Made by a program: the position numbers and the translations under genes. From the NCBI RefSeq assembly GCF_963921235.1, contig NC_086108.1, positions 61,258,001 to 61,322,000 of the forward strand: a stretch of 64,000 nt of DNA. Reading direction: 5' to 3'. The notes under the pieces were generated by a model. That model was given only the letters and a program-made list of their open reading frames with translations. It was not told the DNA's origin and did no database searches. This DNA comes from Mobula hypostoma. Its lineage: Eukaryota. Below, one piece after another: positions 13,520 through 26,010 of this stretch. Numbering within the stretch: the first letter of the stretch is position 1; each line of letters opens with the position of its first letter.

Positions 13520-13665
13520 GCAACAAACAATCTGCTGGAGGAACTCAGTGGGATGAACAGTTTATGAGGCAGTCGTGATACAGTGCTTCATACTGGCACA
13601 TCTAGTTGCTCCAGAAGATAGTTTGATGCTCCAGATTCCAGAATCTGCAATCTGCTATGCCTATA
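13520..13665. repeat. Highly degenerate Penelope-derived fold-back element
   Basis: aaacaatctgctggaggaactcag ... ttgctccagaagatagtttg..ctccagattccagaatctgca. Confidence 0.5.
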
Positions 13666-14974
13666 AGATCCTTGTGGACTTTGAGTTCTGTAAAACTTCC
13701 AACACTTCATCTTCTGCGGCATTTACAATACATAATGCTGAACATCATGCTGCATGTTCTTTTCTTTTGAAGAAATTGCTCTTAATATGTGCTTTATGTC
13801 AGAGTATATTCCTTGTTGTTCCTGTCAATCTGTGTTGTCAATGCTCTTCAAAGAAATCACATTCCAGTTCCCCATCATATGTTTTTGTCACAGCCTCTCT
13901 TCATCTCCACAGCATGTCTTTCTCTGGTGCCTCTCTTTCCAGGAAGGCCTACAGTATATTTTAGCTGTTTAGCTTGTTTCTCAGCCCTTCATATTCCTCA
14001 TCAGATCAGTTTCCACCCACAACTGTGATGGTGTCACTATATTTACCTTGATCACTCTATGTGCTATTGTGGAGACAGATACCTATCCTTCATGATTTTC
14101 ATTTCAGACCATAATATCCCAGGCAGTGTTAGCGATTGATATTTCATAGTCCACAACTTCTTATAAATCCTCCCAAGGGTTAAATACTCACCTACACATT
14201 TTAAAGTGCAGTCAGTATTTACATACTGATTCTTATGCTGTACACCCCATTGAATGCTAAACTCAGAGTGTTAAGTAATTTCATCTGAATTCTATCATCA
14301 GCAGTTCTGCACTCTAAGCAACCCCTCAGTATCCGATCTAAAAAAGCAACTTTTGCCAGCATCATCATGCACTCATTAACCTTTCCTCTGGTTCACGGTG
14401 CTACATCTGAAATTGTAGCTCTTGTAAATCTCTGAAAGTGCTGAAGTAAAATTCCCCTTCAACGTCTTGACAAAAGCTGTGTAAGAAATCTTGTCCACTG
14501 TCCATTGTTCATAGTGTTATGGGCTCACCAAGGTCCTGTACTCCTTCAACAATGACCACACTACGAGCAACAATATCGCCTTCCTCTTTTCATGCGTAGT
14601 CATGTTTTTCAGCCATCGTCCTCACTGAGACCTCAACCATATTGTTGGTCCACATAAGCATTGCCACCTAGTTCATATACCAGAGAAATGGCAGAGAGGA
14701 GACTTGTTTCTTATACTTACCTGATACCTACTTTACATTGAGAAACCCATTCTCTATTAACTTCTTCCTCTATCACCGCTTCAAGCATTGCCATTGTACA
14801 GGAGCGGTTTGCTGACACTTACTAAGGCAAATAGTGAAGTACAGTTATCAATAAACCATACTTTGCTGAAGGCAGTAAACATCTGACAATAGTAATTGTG
14901 ACACTAACTGACTGAAAGTCACGCTGCATGGAACACTTTATTCTTAAAGGTAGACTAATCCTTATTGATATTAC

Positions 14975-15367
14975 ATTACATCATGTGCCATGTCATATGA
15001 TGTGGACGATCATGGTCTAGTCATGACCATCATTGGTCTTGGCAAAGTTTTCTGCAAGAGTGGTTTGCCATTGCCTTCTTCTGGGCAGTATCTTTACTGG
15101 ACAGGTGATCCCAGCCATTATCAATACTCTTCAGAGACTGCCTGCTTGGCATCAGTGGTCGCATAACCAGGATTAGTGACATGTACCATCTGCTCATATG
15201 GCGTCCAACACCTGCTCCAATGTCTTCATGTGACCCTGATGGTGAGTGCGGGGGGGGGGGGGGCTAAACAGGTGCTACACCTTTCTCAAGGGTAAGCTGC
15301 AGGCTAGCCGAGGGAAGGAGCACCTTCCACCTCCTTTGGTAGAGACATATCTCCACCCCACCACCCG
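14975..15367 (-). mobile_element. RTE/BovB-related short retroelement (SINE-like)
   Basis: Minus strand carries agaagaaggcaatggcaaaccact, the recalled Bov-A/RTE 3' motif. Confidence 0.6.
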
Positions 15368-15774
15368 ACGTCGACATTACATGCTGCTATTTCCACAAAA
15401 TATAGGATATTCCAATGTAGTTATGCACCAGCTTATCAGTATTTATTTTTTCATCAATAATGTGATGGAAAAGTTAGCTAATAATAATATCAGGCAGCAC
15501 ATTCTCAACAATAACTTGCTCACAGATACTCAGATAGAGTTGCTTTGGGCTTGCTCAGACCTCATTACAATTAGGCCAACATGAACAAACGAACTAAATC
15601 CTGGAGGTGGTGTAAAACTGACTGTCCTAGACATCAAGCAACATCTGATAGTCTCTCATCAAGGAAATGGATCAATGGGAATCAACAATAAACTCCATAT
15701 TGACTGGATTCATATTTAATATGAAGAGAGATGACTATTGGAGGTCAATCAGTGCAGCCCCAGGATATTGCTGC

Positions 15775-16835
15775 TCCGCCAATGACATACACACCTTCGG
15801 CTGCCCCAATTAGCCGAAGTTGAAAAGGTATAAAAAAAAGCCAAACTGAGTACCAAATAATGTATTTAAAACAAGTACAGAATAAATTAGCAATACTACT
15901 GCAATACTATAAAACTGTGTACTAAGGTGTATTAGTTCCTAATACTCATCCACGGAGGCATTCATCCGAGTTGGGTTCTTTTGACTGTAAAATGAACAAA
16001 ATCAATGCAGACACCATGAGTAGACTATGGACTGTCTTCATACAAAAAGGCATTGAACGTGTGGATAGTCAGAGGCTTTTTGCCAGGGCTGACATGGCTA
16101 GCACGAGAGGGCACAGTTTTAAGGTGCTTGGAAGTAGGTACAGAGGAGATATCAGGGCAAGTTTTTTTTACACAGAGAGTGATGAGTGTGTGGAATGGGC
16201 TGCCGGCAACGGTGGTGGAGGTGGATACGATCGGGTCTTTTAAGAGGCTCCTGGACAGGTACATGGAGCTTAGAAGAATAGAGGGCTATGGGTAACCCTA
16301 GGTAATTTCTAAGTAAATACATGTTCAGCACAGCATTGTGGGCTGAAGGGCCTGTATTGTGTTGTAGGTTTTCTATATTTCCATGTTTCTAATGTTGTCG
16401 ATGATTGCATCTACCATTATCTTCATTGTAATATTCAAAATGATTGTCAATAACTTCAAATTCTTTGTTGTTTCTAACTTGTTAAAGTAGTGAAATCATT
16501 TAATTTTCACTCCCGGCCGTTTCTGGCATCTGGAAGTCGGAATGCTTGAAACAGCAGTGAGCAAAACAGTTCTGAACTGTTTCCTGCTTATTTCTCGCTG
16601 ACTGTCATTGACAAAATTCACTACCTTTTGAACACAAACACCATACAATTATGCTATTTAAAAACTGTTTGCTTGAAGCATGTTGTTGCATCTAATGGCC
16701 ACTGTCCCAATTAAGTGGTGTAATGTTCCAAGCTATGGAAAGGAATTCCAGTTATTTTATCAATTAATTCTTGCTCTTTAAGAGTTGTCCCAAGTACACA
16801 ATGCCTTGATTAACCGATGGTCCAATTAACATAAA
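15775..16835. mobile_element. Non-autonomous DNA-transposon-like remnant, interrupted by CR1
   Basis: Repeated subterminal motifs (tgccccaatta, tgtcccaatta, gtccaattaac) on both sides of the CR1 insert. Confidence 0.45.
16038..16390 (+). mobile_element. CR1 3' end
   Basis: Peptides TRGHSFKV and FFTQRVMSVWNGLP...FKRLLDRYM; tail gggctgaagggcctgtattgtgttgtaggttttctat. Confidence 0.85.
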
Positions 16836-17373
16836 TATATATTTTTATTGGCCATTTAATTTATTTAGGAGGTTCAGAAGAAACTGAAACTGTGCAAGTA
16901 CCCATTTTTGACATTTATATTACAAGGAACACTATTACTGAAAGACAATGTCCTGGAAATTATATGATTGACCTCCAGCAATCACAATCACCACTCTTTA
17001 TACTGAGTTTGAATCCAGTCAGTGGAGAGTTTTTCTCATTTCCCATTGACTTCAGTGTTATTAAGGCTCCTTGATGCAGACTATTAGATGTTATTTTGAT
17101 GTCAAAGGCAGCTAGTTTCACATCACTTCAGGAGGTTTGAACGTTGCTAATGAAAATGGCATGGGACATCTCAGATCTCTTCAGGATGTAGGGCATAACT
17201 ACATGAAAGTGGTCCTTCTTCCTCTCATTATGCACCTTAAAATAGATACAATGTACATTCATTTCTGCATTAAAATATAAACAATACAGTCTGATATTAT
17301 TAAGATGGTTCCCTAGTCTTTAGACATTTATTGTAATTTCCTAGTTAAAAGATTTATCTAATAAAAGTGACAC

Positions 17374-17568
17374 TGTAGCGATGTGCTACACACAGCGCTA
17401 GAATAACCACACGGAGTCGGTGAGTTGGAGTTGCGATGAAAGAGATTTATTCAAACTTCGCGGCCCGCTTTAAAGCTTTCCCGTTCCCGCCCTTTTTGCT
17501 GCCGGCCCTCTGCCTGCGCGCGCTGTTTCGTGAGCCGGTTCGTGGGTGTCAGAAAGTGGGTCGCCACA
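17374..17568 (-). mobile_element. Solo LTR (195 bp), probably Gypsy
   Basis: Termini TGTAGCGA...TCGCCACA, perfect 4-bp TSD ACAC (17370-17373 and 17569-17572), minus-strand AATAAA, CpG-rich. Confidence 0.8.
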
Positions 17569-18479
17569 ACACTTCATAAACCAATTTTAAGTGCGGAAAT
17601 CACAACAGGTATTTCCAAGCATTGTAAAGGAACATTCAGACGAAAGTGAATCTATAAGTGTGTGCAGTAATGCAATGTTTAAGTGCACTGTTTGATGAGA
17701 TACTTAACGCATTTATAAGATGTCAGATTCTATTCAGGAATAACTGATGTCTGTCAAGGTAGTAGTGGGAATTTAGAAACAAACAGGTTTCTTTAATCAA
17801 TTATTTTGGTGAGCAAGTCAAGAAAGTTCCAAAATTTTGGACAGAGATTTATGGCAGGGTTTGACTCAGAAGTGGAACAGTTGCCCCAGCAAGAGGCTAG
17901 AACCTGCATCCAGAACGATAATGAGGATCTCGGTGCTGATGGCTGCTTTGCTGAGATATGGCAATAAACAGAGAAATCCAGAACTGGTGAATCATGATAA
18001 GGGGCACTTTAACATAACCTGCAGAAGTTAGTGAAATAACTACAGTTTAAAATATTACTGAATTAACCTTGGAAAACAAAACTTGGAAGATGGAGTGCTT
18101 TATTGCACAAAACATAATTGAGTTTGTAAGCAGCTAATGAATCATAATTGCTATTTAACAACCTCCCTAGCCCCATAAAACCAACTTTACATTTATGGAT
18201 CGTCATTGTCTCAGTTAAATATTTTAAAATTCCATTGCCTACAAAGTTTGAATAAATCAGATGCAATAATGGGTCAGCAATGATTGCTTTGTTCTTGATA
18301 AAATTGGCCTTTTAGGTTGGTGCTGAGTTTTCAGAAGGGATTGGTGATTGCAGAGAAAGGGTAGGGTGTGGTCCTCAGCTGTAGAATGATTTTACCTACT
18401 TGCAGTAGTCCATGTATGACACTACACCGGTGACACTATATTTCCCCAGAAATACCCAATGATAGGCATCCCTTAGAAG

Positions 18480-19320
18480 TTTGTGAAGACTTAGCACATC
18501 ATCTAAAACTGACAAACTTCTATAGATGCACAGTAGCATAAATAGTTGCATCACAGCCTGGTATAAAAACATCAATGCCTTTGGACGAAAAAGCCTGCAA
18601 AAAGTACTGTATACAGCCCAGTCGATCATAGTTAAAGCTCTCCCCGCCATTGAGAGCATCTGCAAGGAGCATCATCTATCATCAAGGACCCCCACCATCT
18701 AGGCCATGCACTCTTCTCACTGCTGCCATTTGGAAGGAGGTACAAGAGTCCCAGGACACACACCACCAGGTTCAGGAACTGTTATTAGCATTCATCCTTC
18801 AGGCTTCTGAATCAAAGTGGATAACTTCACTTACTCCTATTGATTCCACGATAAAAGGACTCACTTTTAAGGACTCTTCATCTCATGTCATTTCTCCATC
18901 TCTGTTTTGTGTGCAGTTTTTTCATTGATTCTATTGTCTTAATTTGGCGGGGCCCAGGGCAAAGCACTGCTCCATGACTTGGTTCTGCATTGAACTATGC
19001 TGAACTATGGGACTCTCTTTGTGGACTTCAGTTCAGAATGCTATTTGGTTGTGATTATTGTTTGCATGATGTAGTTTTTTTTCTCTCTGAACATTGGGTA
19101 GTTGACAGACTTCTTTTTTTATATATGGATTCTTTTGCGTTTCTTTGTTTTGTGGCTGCCTGAATATCAAGGTTGTATAATGTAAACATACTTTGATAAT
19201 AAATGTACTTTGAACTTTGAGCCTTGAATGCCTGCAAGAAAACAAATCTCATAGTATATGGTGACATATATATACTTTGATAATGCAACTATTTTAAACT
19301 ATGAACTTACTTTGAATCTC
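18480..19320 (+). mobile_element. Rex1-type 3' fragment(s) with actttga-repeat tails
   Basis: Remnant NFYRCT...HALFSLLPFGRRYKS...RFRNC; tail aataaatgtactttgaactttga. Confidence 0.7.
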
Positions 19321-20334
19321 CAGACAATATGACTCAAGTTTCCCAGCAAAAAATCCAAAAAGAGCATTGCGTAGGAAAAAGCATCATCCCATTCACCCCA
19401 GAAACAGAAATTTAGCTGGGCTGTAAGGCCAAATTACTCCAGGAATCTCCCAGTCACATCTCTGCAGTGATTTGCAGGAAGTTCTTGCTATTTTGTTTTA
19501 CTGTAAAATGCATTATAAAAATATAGTTCCACACAAAAATCTATTGAAAGTAATCATTTTCAAATGTTTCTGATGCTTCAGTACTCACATCGACATATAT
19601 ATATTCCAAGCTTCAGGTTGATTGCTGTAAAATATTTAAAACTATCGTTCAAAGTGGTGCTTTTTATTTGTGGGTTCCTATCTATCACATTTTAAAAAAA
19701 TGTGATTGGCTGCTTATCCTACTCAACAACAGATGAATGTAGTGGTGCCTATTAAAAGGCAAAACCAAGGCTAAAATAGGGGTGATCTGCAGTTGTAGCA
19801 ATATGCGTTCCCTGAATGGAGTTAAGGTGGAAAACTGCAGAGGAACAAGTGATGAAGAGGTGGCTTTATTGGTGACACAGAAAATAATAGTTAAAATGTC
19901 TATGAAAACATATAGCAGTATTAAAATGGGTGGCAGAAAATTAAGAGAAAAGGAGGAAAGAGACTTGGGAAGGAAGTTGAAATTACCAAGTTGAATAATC
20001 ACCTATGGTAGTAACTGAGGAAGGAAAGTAGAAAGAGTACCTCAGGGAGACAATGGGTGAGGTTAGTCAAAATTAATCATTCCAAATAAGCCAGATGATT
20101 TGTAGAGACCAGGTCCTCGGGAGAAAAATAAACCAAAGGAGCAAGAGGGAGGAAAAACTGTGTCTTCATAACAGGCAATGGCAACAATAGCTTTACTTGG
20201 GATAAGTAGTCGATATTATCAGACTGGGGGGAAGATATTGGCAAGGGACAAAGAGTTTCCATGCATGAACTATATTTCAGTCAGAACCAAAATTACTAGC
20301 CTTTCATTTTTCACGTGAGGGGTATTTGGAGGGA

Positions 20335-21962
20335 AATTCGAAAATGACAGGGGGAAGAAGTGAGTGTGGTTTCTAATACTAAGGAAAAGGTGTTTGGGAA
20401 GTTGAAAGGTCTGAAGGTAAATAAGTCACCTGGGCCAGATAGACGACACCACAGAATTCTGAAAGAAATAAATGAAGAGATTGTCAAGGAATAAGAAATG
20501 ATCTTTCAAGTATCACTAGATTCTGGAGTGGTTCTTGAGGACTGGGAAATTGCAAGTATCACTCCACTATATAAGAAGAGAGGGAGGCAAAAGAAAGGCA
20601 ATTGCAGGCCAGTTAGGCTGACTTCTATGGAGTTCATTATTAAGGATGAGAATTTGGGGTACTTGGAGGCGCATGATAAAATTGGCCAAAGTCAGCATGG
20701 ACTCCTTAAAGGAAAATCTTGCCTGACAAATCTATTGGAATTCTTTGAGGAAATATCAGACAGGATAGACAAAGGAGAGTCAGTGGATGGTGTTTACTTC
20801 GACTTTCAGAAGGTCCTTGACAAGGTGCTGCTCATGAAGCTGCTTAATAAGTAAGAGATCATGGTATAAAAAGAAAGATACTATCATGGATAGAAGATTA
20901 GCTGACTGGCAGGAAGCAAAGAGTGGGAATAAATGTGGCTGTTTTGGTTGGTGGCTAGTGATTAGTGGTGTTCTGCAGGGATCAGTGTTGGGACTGCTTC
21001 TTTTCACATTATATGTCAATGTTTGGATGAAGAAATTGATGGCTTTGTCGCCAAGTTTGCAGATGATACAAAGATAGATGGAAGGTCAGGTAGTGTTGAG
21101 GAAGCAGGGTGTTTGCAGAAGGACTTAGACAGAATAAGAGAATGGGCAAAGAAGTAGAAGATGGTTATAGTGTAGGGAAGTGTAGAAGGTAGAAGAAATT
21201 AAGGCACAGACTATTTTTTAAATGGGGAGAATTTTTTTTTAAATCAGAGGTGCAAAAGGACTTCAAAGTCCTCATACAGGATTACCTAAAGGTTTACTTG
21301 CAGGTTGAGTCAGTTGTAAGGAAGGCAAATGCAATGTTTGCATTCATTTTGAGAGGACTAGAATATAAGACTATGAATATTATGCTGAGGCTTATAAGGC
21401 ATTGGTCAGACTTGCAGTATTGTGAACAGTTCTGGGCTCTTTATCTAAGAGAAGATGTACAAGCACTGCAGAGGGTCCCGAGGAGGTTCACAAAAATGAT
21501 TCTAAGAATGAAAGGGTTAACATATGACGAGTGTTTCATGGCCCTGGGCCTGTACTCACTGGACTGTAGAAGAATGAGAGAGAATTTCATTGAAACCTAT
21601 TGAATATTGAAAGGCCTAGATAGAGCGGATGTGGGGAGGATGTTTCCTATAGTGAGTGAGTCTAGGACCAGAGAGCACACCTTTAGAATAGAAGGATGTC
21701 CATTTAGAACAGAGATGAGGAGGAGTTTCTTAGCCAGAGGGTGTGAATCTGTAGAATTCATTTCCATGGATAGCTGTGGAGGCCAATTCACTGGGTATAT
21801 TTAAAGCGGAGGTTGATAGGTTGTTGATTATTCAGGGCGTCAAAGGTTATGGGGAGAAGGCAGGAGGATGGGACGGAGAGGGATAATGTATCAGCCATGT
21901 TGGAATGGTGGGGCAGTTGCAAGGGGCCAACTAGACTAATTCTGCTCTTATGTCATATGGAC
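20335..21962 (+). mobile_element. CR1 LINE, 5'-truncated, degenerate RT
   Basis: Peptides EDWEIASITPLYKK, SQHGLLKGKSCLTNLLEFFEE, GVLQGSVLG, KFADDTK; CR1 3' UTR; multiple stops and frameshifts. Confidence 0.92.
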
Positions 21963-24900
21963 TTAAGGAAATTTAAAAGGTACAATAGCCAACCATCTGA
22001 TTGGATAGAAATGACAGGTGCATTATTGAGTCTTTCAGAGAGTGCTAATGTAGTAGATTGTCAGTTATGGGCAGGCATGCTCCTGGAAGTTTCATCAGGT
22101 TATGTAATGTTGTTCACAACTAAGTTACTCAAAAACAAATTCACTCTGGGACAATGTAAAATGCATCCATTGGAAAGCCTTCCATGTTCATTTCGGCTTG
22201 GAAGGATTTTGAATATGGCTTCAAAAAGGCGCATTTGCTTCCAGTTCCCAGATGACTTGATTGTGCAACATTTGTAACCTTTCGAAAAAGGCACAGAATT
22301 GCGCCTTTACACATCACAGATTTGATTTTATCCTTGATAAATTAAAGAACATTTATAGAGAATCTGCCCTACTCACTTTCCCACAATATATTCAGTACCT
22401 TACCCTCATCCATATTAAAATCCATATGCCATTGTTCCACCCCTTTATACATTTCATCTAATTCTCTTTGTCATTCCCTCAGGTTCAACTGCACTTTCTG
22501 GTTTGGTAAAATATGGAAATATGGCAACATTTTGTTGTATTTCATATCCATGCCGTAAATGTAAATTAGAAACAGTTGGGGTCCAAATGCCAATCCTCAT
22601 ATGTGACTCAATCTCCGAATAATTAAGTTTTTATTTGGTCCAGAAGTAGAAGATATTACATTCTGAAAGATAAGGAGAGACTGTTGTCTTGGGCACTAGT
22701 CAGACCTCATGTCCGTCAGTAGTACATGCTCAGATTTGATCCTAGCCCAAAGGTAGAAGATAAAGGTCTGGTCTTAATCCCTGTAATGCTGGATGCTCTC
22801 AATAGTTATAAAAATCTTAGATTTTTTTTTCATATAGGTTTAACAATTGTATATATCTTAATAGCTAATTGTGCAACTTAAAATGATTAAAAATTTGTAG
22901 TCACGCGGTATTTGCAAGCTCATCAAATAGTTAGAATTAGGTAAAATTGTTTAGTGCAATTTCAAAGTATTTTAACAGGACCAGATAAATTATTTTCAAA
23001 TCCACAATGGAGAATTGCCCCTGGCTGGATTATTGAATTCCATCTGTGATCACTTTTGCAAAACCACATTTAAACATTCTCTGTATTAAGAGAATCAATT
23101 GGTTAGAAAATAAAGTTCAAAAATTCTTCCATTTATTAAACTGTGCATGCTATTTATATAGTTCTAAAAGTCAGGTATGAATTGTTGTAAGAATACCTAA
23201 TAAAACTAATCAGTGATAACAATGATAGGCATTTTGGTTACTATTTGTTGGGATCTGCTTTCAAATCTATTTGTGCTATCTCTTTTCTGATTGCATTGGA
23301 GGAGTACTTTATTGCTGTCTCTCTCACTTCAGTGACTACTAAACACTCCCAGCTATGGCTGAGTAATACAAACGTGATTCCTTGGGTGAATGATCACAAT
23401 TAGAACGAACAATGAAAGAGTGCCAGTTCAACTGTGATACTGAATTTGCTTAGATGGGTAATTAAATAAGGCTCTGGTTTTGTTTGGGGAACCAAGTATT
23501 CTGTGCTGGGAATAATGAATTTATTTATTAGAAGATGGCCAATCTAGGCTGGAGTCTGAGCCAGCAGGGTATGTACAATAAAATTCTCAGGCTTACTTAT
23601 TTATACTTTTTAATTGCTTCAAGCTGATAAACAACACTAAAGCAAAATAAGATGAAATAGCAGTTGTCTGTAGTATTTTGGGCTTATAAAATTCAAACAG
23701 AAGAATGTAGTTTCAGGATGAGGTCAAGCTGGGTAACATGAATCCTCATCAATTTGAACTAAGCCAATTCACATACATTTGCCTAAATCAAGTTCACTTT
23801 CATGCCCCTTGTGTTAAATTAGCACAAACCACTAATTACAGGAGCTACACTTACTCTTTCCGAAAAAGGAAGTGCAGGGCTTTTGAGAAAGAAATTAGAG
23901 CAAAAACATTCTTAATGGGAGAGAGGGATATTGCCTCTTTGTATTTGTTACAATAAAATGGGGCAATAATGTGTTTCAATATGATCTGAATTACCACATT
24001 ATACACAGGATTTCAGCAAAATATTGTTCAAACCCAGGTAGTCCCTTGGGATCAGGAATTATTTCCAGACCTTCGGGGATGTCTGATATGGCAAATGTGT
24101 TCCATTTGTTTTCATTAGAATGGAAACTGGGAAGTGTTAGGGTTATCATGCTTGTATGAATCATAAACACAAGTAAGTCTGAAGATGCTGGAAATCCAAT
24201 GTAACATACACAAAATGCTGGAGAAACCCAGCAGGCCAGTTAGCATCCATGGAAATGAATTAGCTTTCAATGTTCCAGCCGAGACCTTTCATCAGGACTG
24301 GAAAGGAAAGGGGAAGACAACAGAATAAAAAGGTGGTGGGATGGGAAGGAGGATAGCTAGAAGGTGATATGTGAAGCCAAGTGGGTAGGGAAGGTCAAGG
24401 GCTGGAGAAGAAGGAATCTGATAGGAGTGGAGAGTGGACCATAGGAGAAAGGGAAGGGGGAGGGGACCCGGGGGAGGTGAAAGGCTGGTGAGAAGATACA
24501 AGAGGCCAGAGTGGGGAATAGAAGAAGAGAGTAGGGGTGGGGAATTTTTTTTTCACTGGAATGAGAAATTGATATTCATGCCATCAGGTTGAAGACAATC
24601 CAGACAGAATATAAGGTATTGTAACTACTCCCTGAGAGTGGCCTCATCTTGGCACAAGAGGAGGCCGTGGACTGACATGTCAGAATGGGAATTGGAATTA
24701 AAATGTTTGGCCACTGCTTTTGTTCTGCTTTTGACAGATGGAGCAGAGGGTGAGGACCGGTTCTGCCAGACAGAGGAGGGTTGTGGTGGAGGGAACTGTC
24801 TGGTTCTGTTATTGAGATAGAAGAATAGAGCTTTAACACCTTCTTTATGGGGGATAGAAGTGTATAGGGACTAGACATCTATGGTGAACATGAGGTGGTC

Positions 24901-24998
24901 AGGGCCTGGGAATTGAACAGAACAAGAGCATGAGAGGTGTCACAGGTATAGGTGGAAAGGAACTGAACCAAAAGGATAGAATGGAGTTGAGGTATGAG

Positions 24999-25422
24999 TG
25001 TCACAACCACAGATTTGGCAGTGCAGTGGATACGGCAATTGCGCTTCTGAATTTGCACGTTTCAGCTAATTATTATTTAATCATGATGGTATTTAACTCC
25101 ATACTTGTTGTCGTAGTACTGTAGAGACTTGGACAGAGCACAGCAATGCTTCGTTGCCTGTTTGTTTTTGGCCTTCCCTGAGAAACCGGTCTTTCGAGTT
25201 AACTGACTCTGAAGACTCACGGTATTCGTTTAATGTTTAGATTTTCTTTTCAGCAGCAGTGCAGGCTTTGTTTCCCTTCTGAGATTTTTAGTTTATGGCC
25301 CTATCTGGCCTAGCATTTATTGTTTATTTTCCCTTTAACACTGTTCACATTAAAGTTTGTGAACTATCGAACTGCTTCAGTGTCTCTCATCCGCACTTGG
25401 GCCATATCCAAACCTGGTAACA
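24999..25422 (+). repeat. 5' LTR
   Basis: tgtcacaacc...ctggtaaca; TATTTAA at 25090-25096; ATTAAA near the 3' end. Confidence 0.95.
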
Positions 25423-25473
25423 GCAAGTCTCGACCACACAAAGGTGGACCCAGCAGAGTGAGAGCAGCTGACC

Positions 25474-26010
25474 TTGGCCATGAGATTCATTGGTCAGGTA
25501 GGAGACAAGCTACAGGCAATGGAATCTGTTCTCAGTGAAGTTACGGAGGCAATGACGCAGATAACCTCATGCCGACAAACCCAGTCTCACTTGAAGGAAC
25601 AGGTATCGTCCCTAGCCGTAACTGTTCAACAGCTCACCACAGACAATTGGACTCAGGTGCCTGCGATTTCCACACTCACGACCGTTGCCCACGAACTTGC
25701 TGAGAACAGCCAGCATCAGCTGACAGCCATTAACGTTCTCGCCAGCTCAATTCAGCATCTCACAGGTCCTCCTTTTCTGCTGCCCCGACAATCTCTGCTA
25801 CTAATGCTCCCGCTCCCCCGCCTGGACCAGAGCGATTCCCACAACCATACAGGAACCGAGTATTCCACCACCAGGCAGATATTCTGGTGATCCCGATGGT
25901 TGCAGGAATTTTATTACCCAATGCGAGCTGACATTCCAAGTCCAGCCTGATCATTTTGGTGATGATGCGCGAAAATTGGCGTACATGGTCAATCTTCTTG
26001 ACGGATCTCC
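25474..26010 (+). pseudogene. Gypsy gag N-terminal remnant
   Basis: Coiled-coil-like ORF followed in another frame by EPSIPPPGRYSGDPDGCRNFITQCELTFQVQPDHFGDDARKLAYMVNLLDGS. Confidence 0.8.

Noticed and set aside
13370..14028. Overlapping short ORFs (65-129 aa)
   Set aside because: No recognisable domains, low-complexity composition, partly repeat-derived; consistent with chance.
14714..14723. Strong minus-strand splice donor CAG|GTAAGT
   Set aside because: No matching acceptor or DAB1-like coding sequence upstream; such motifs are expected by chance in 64 kb.
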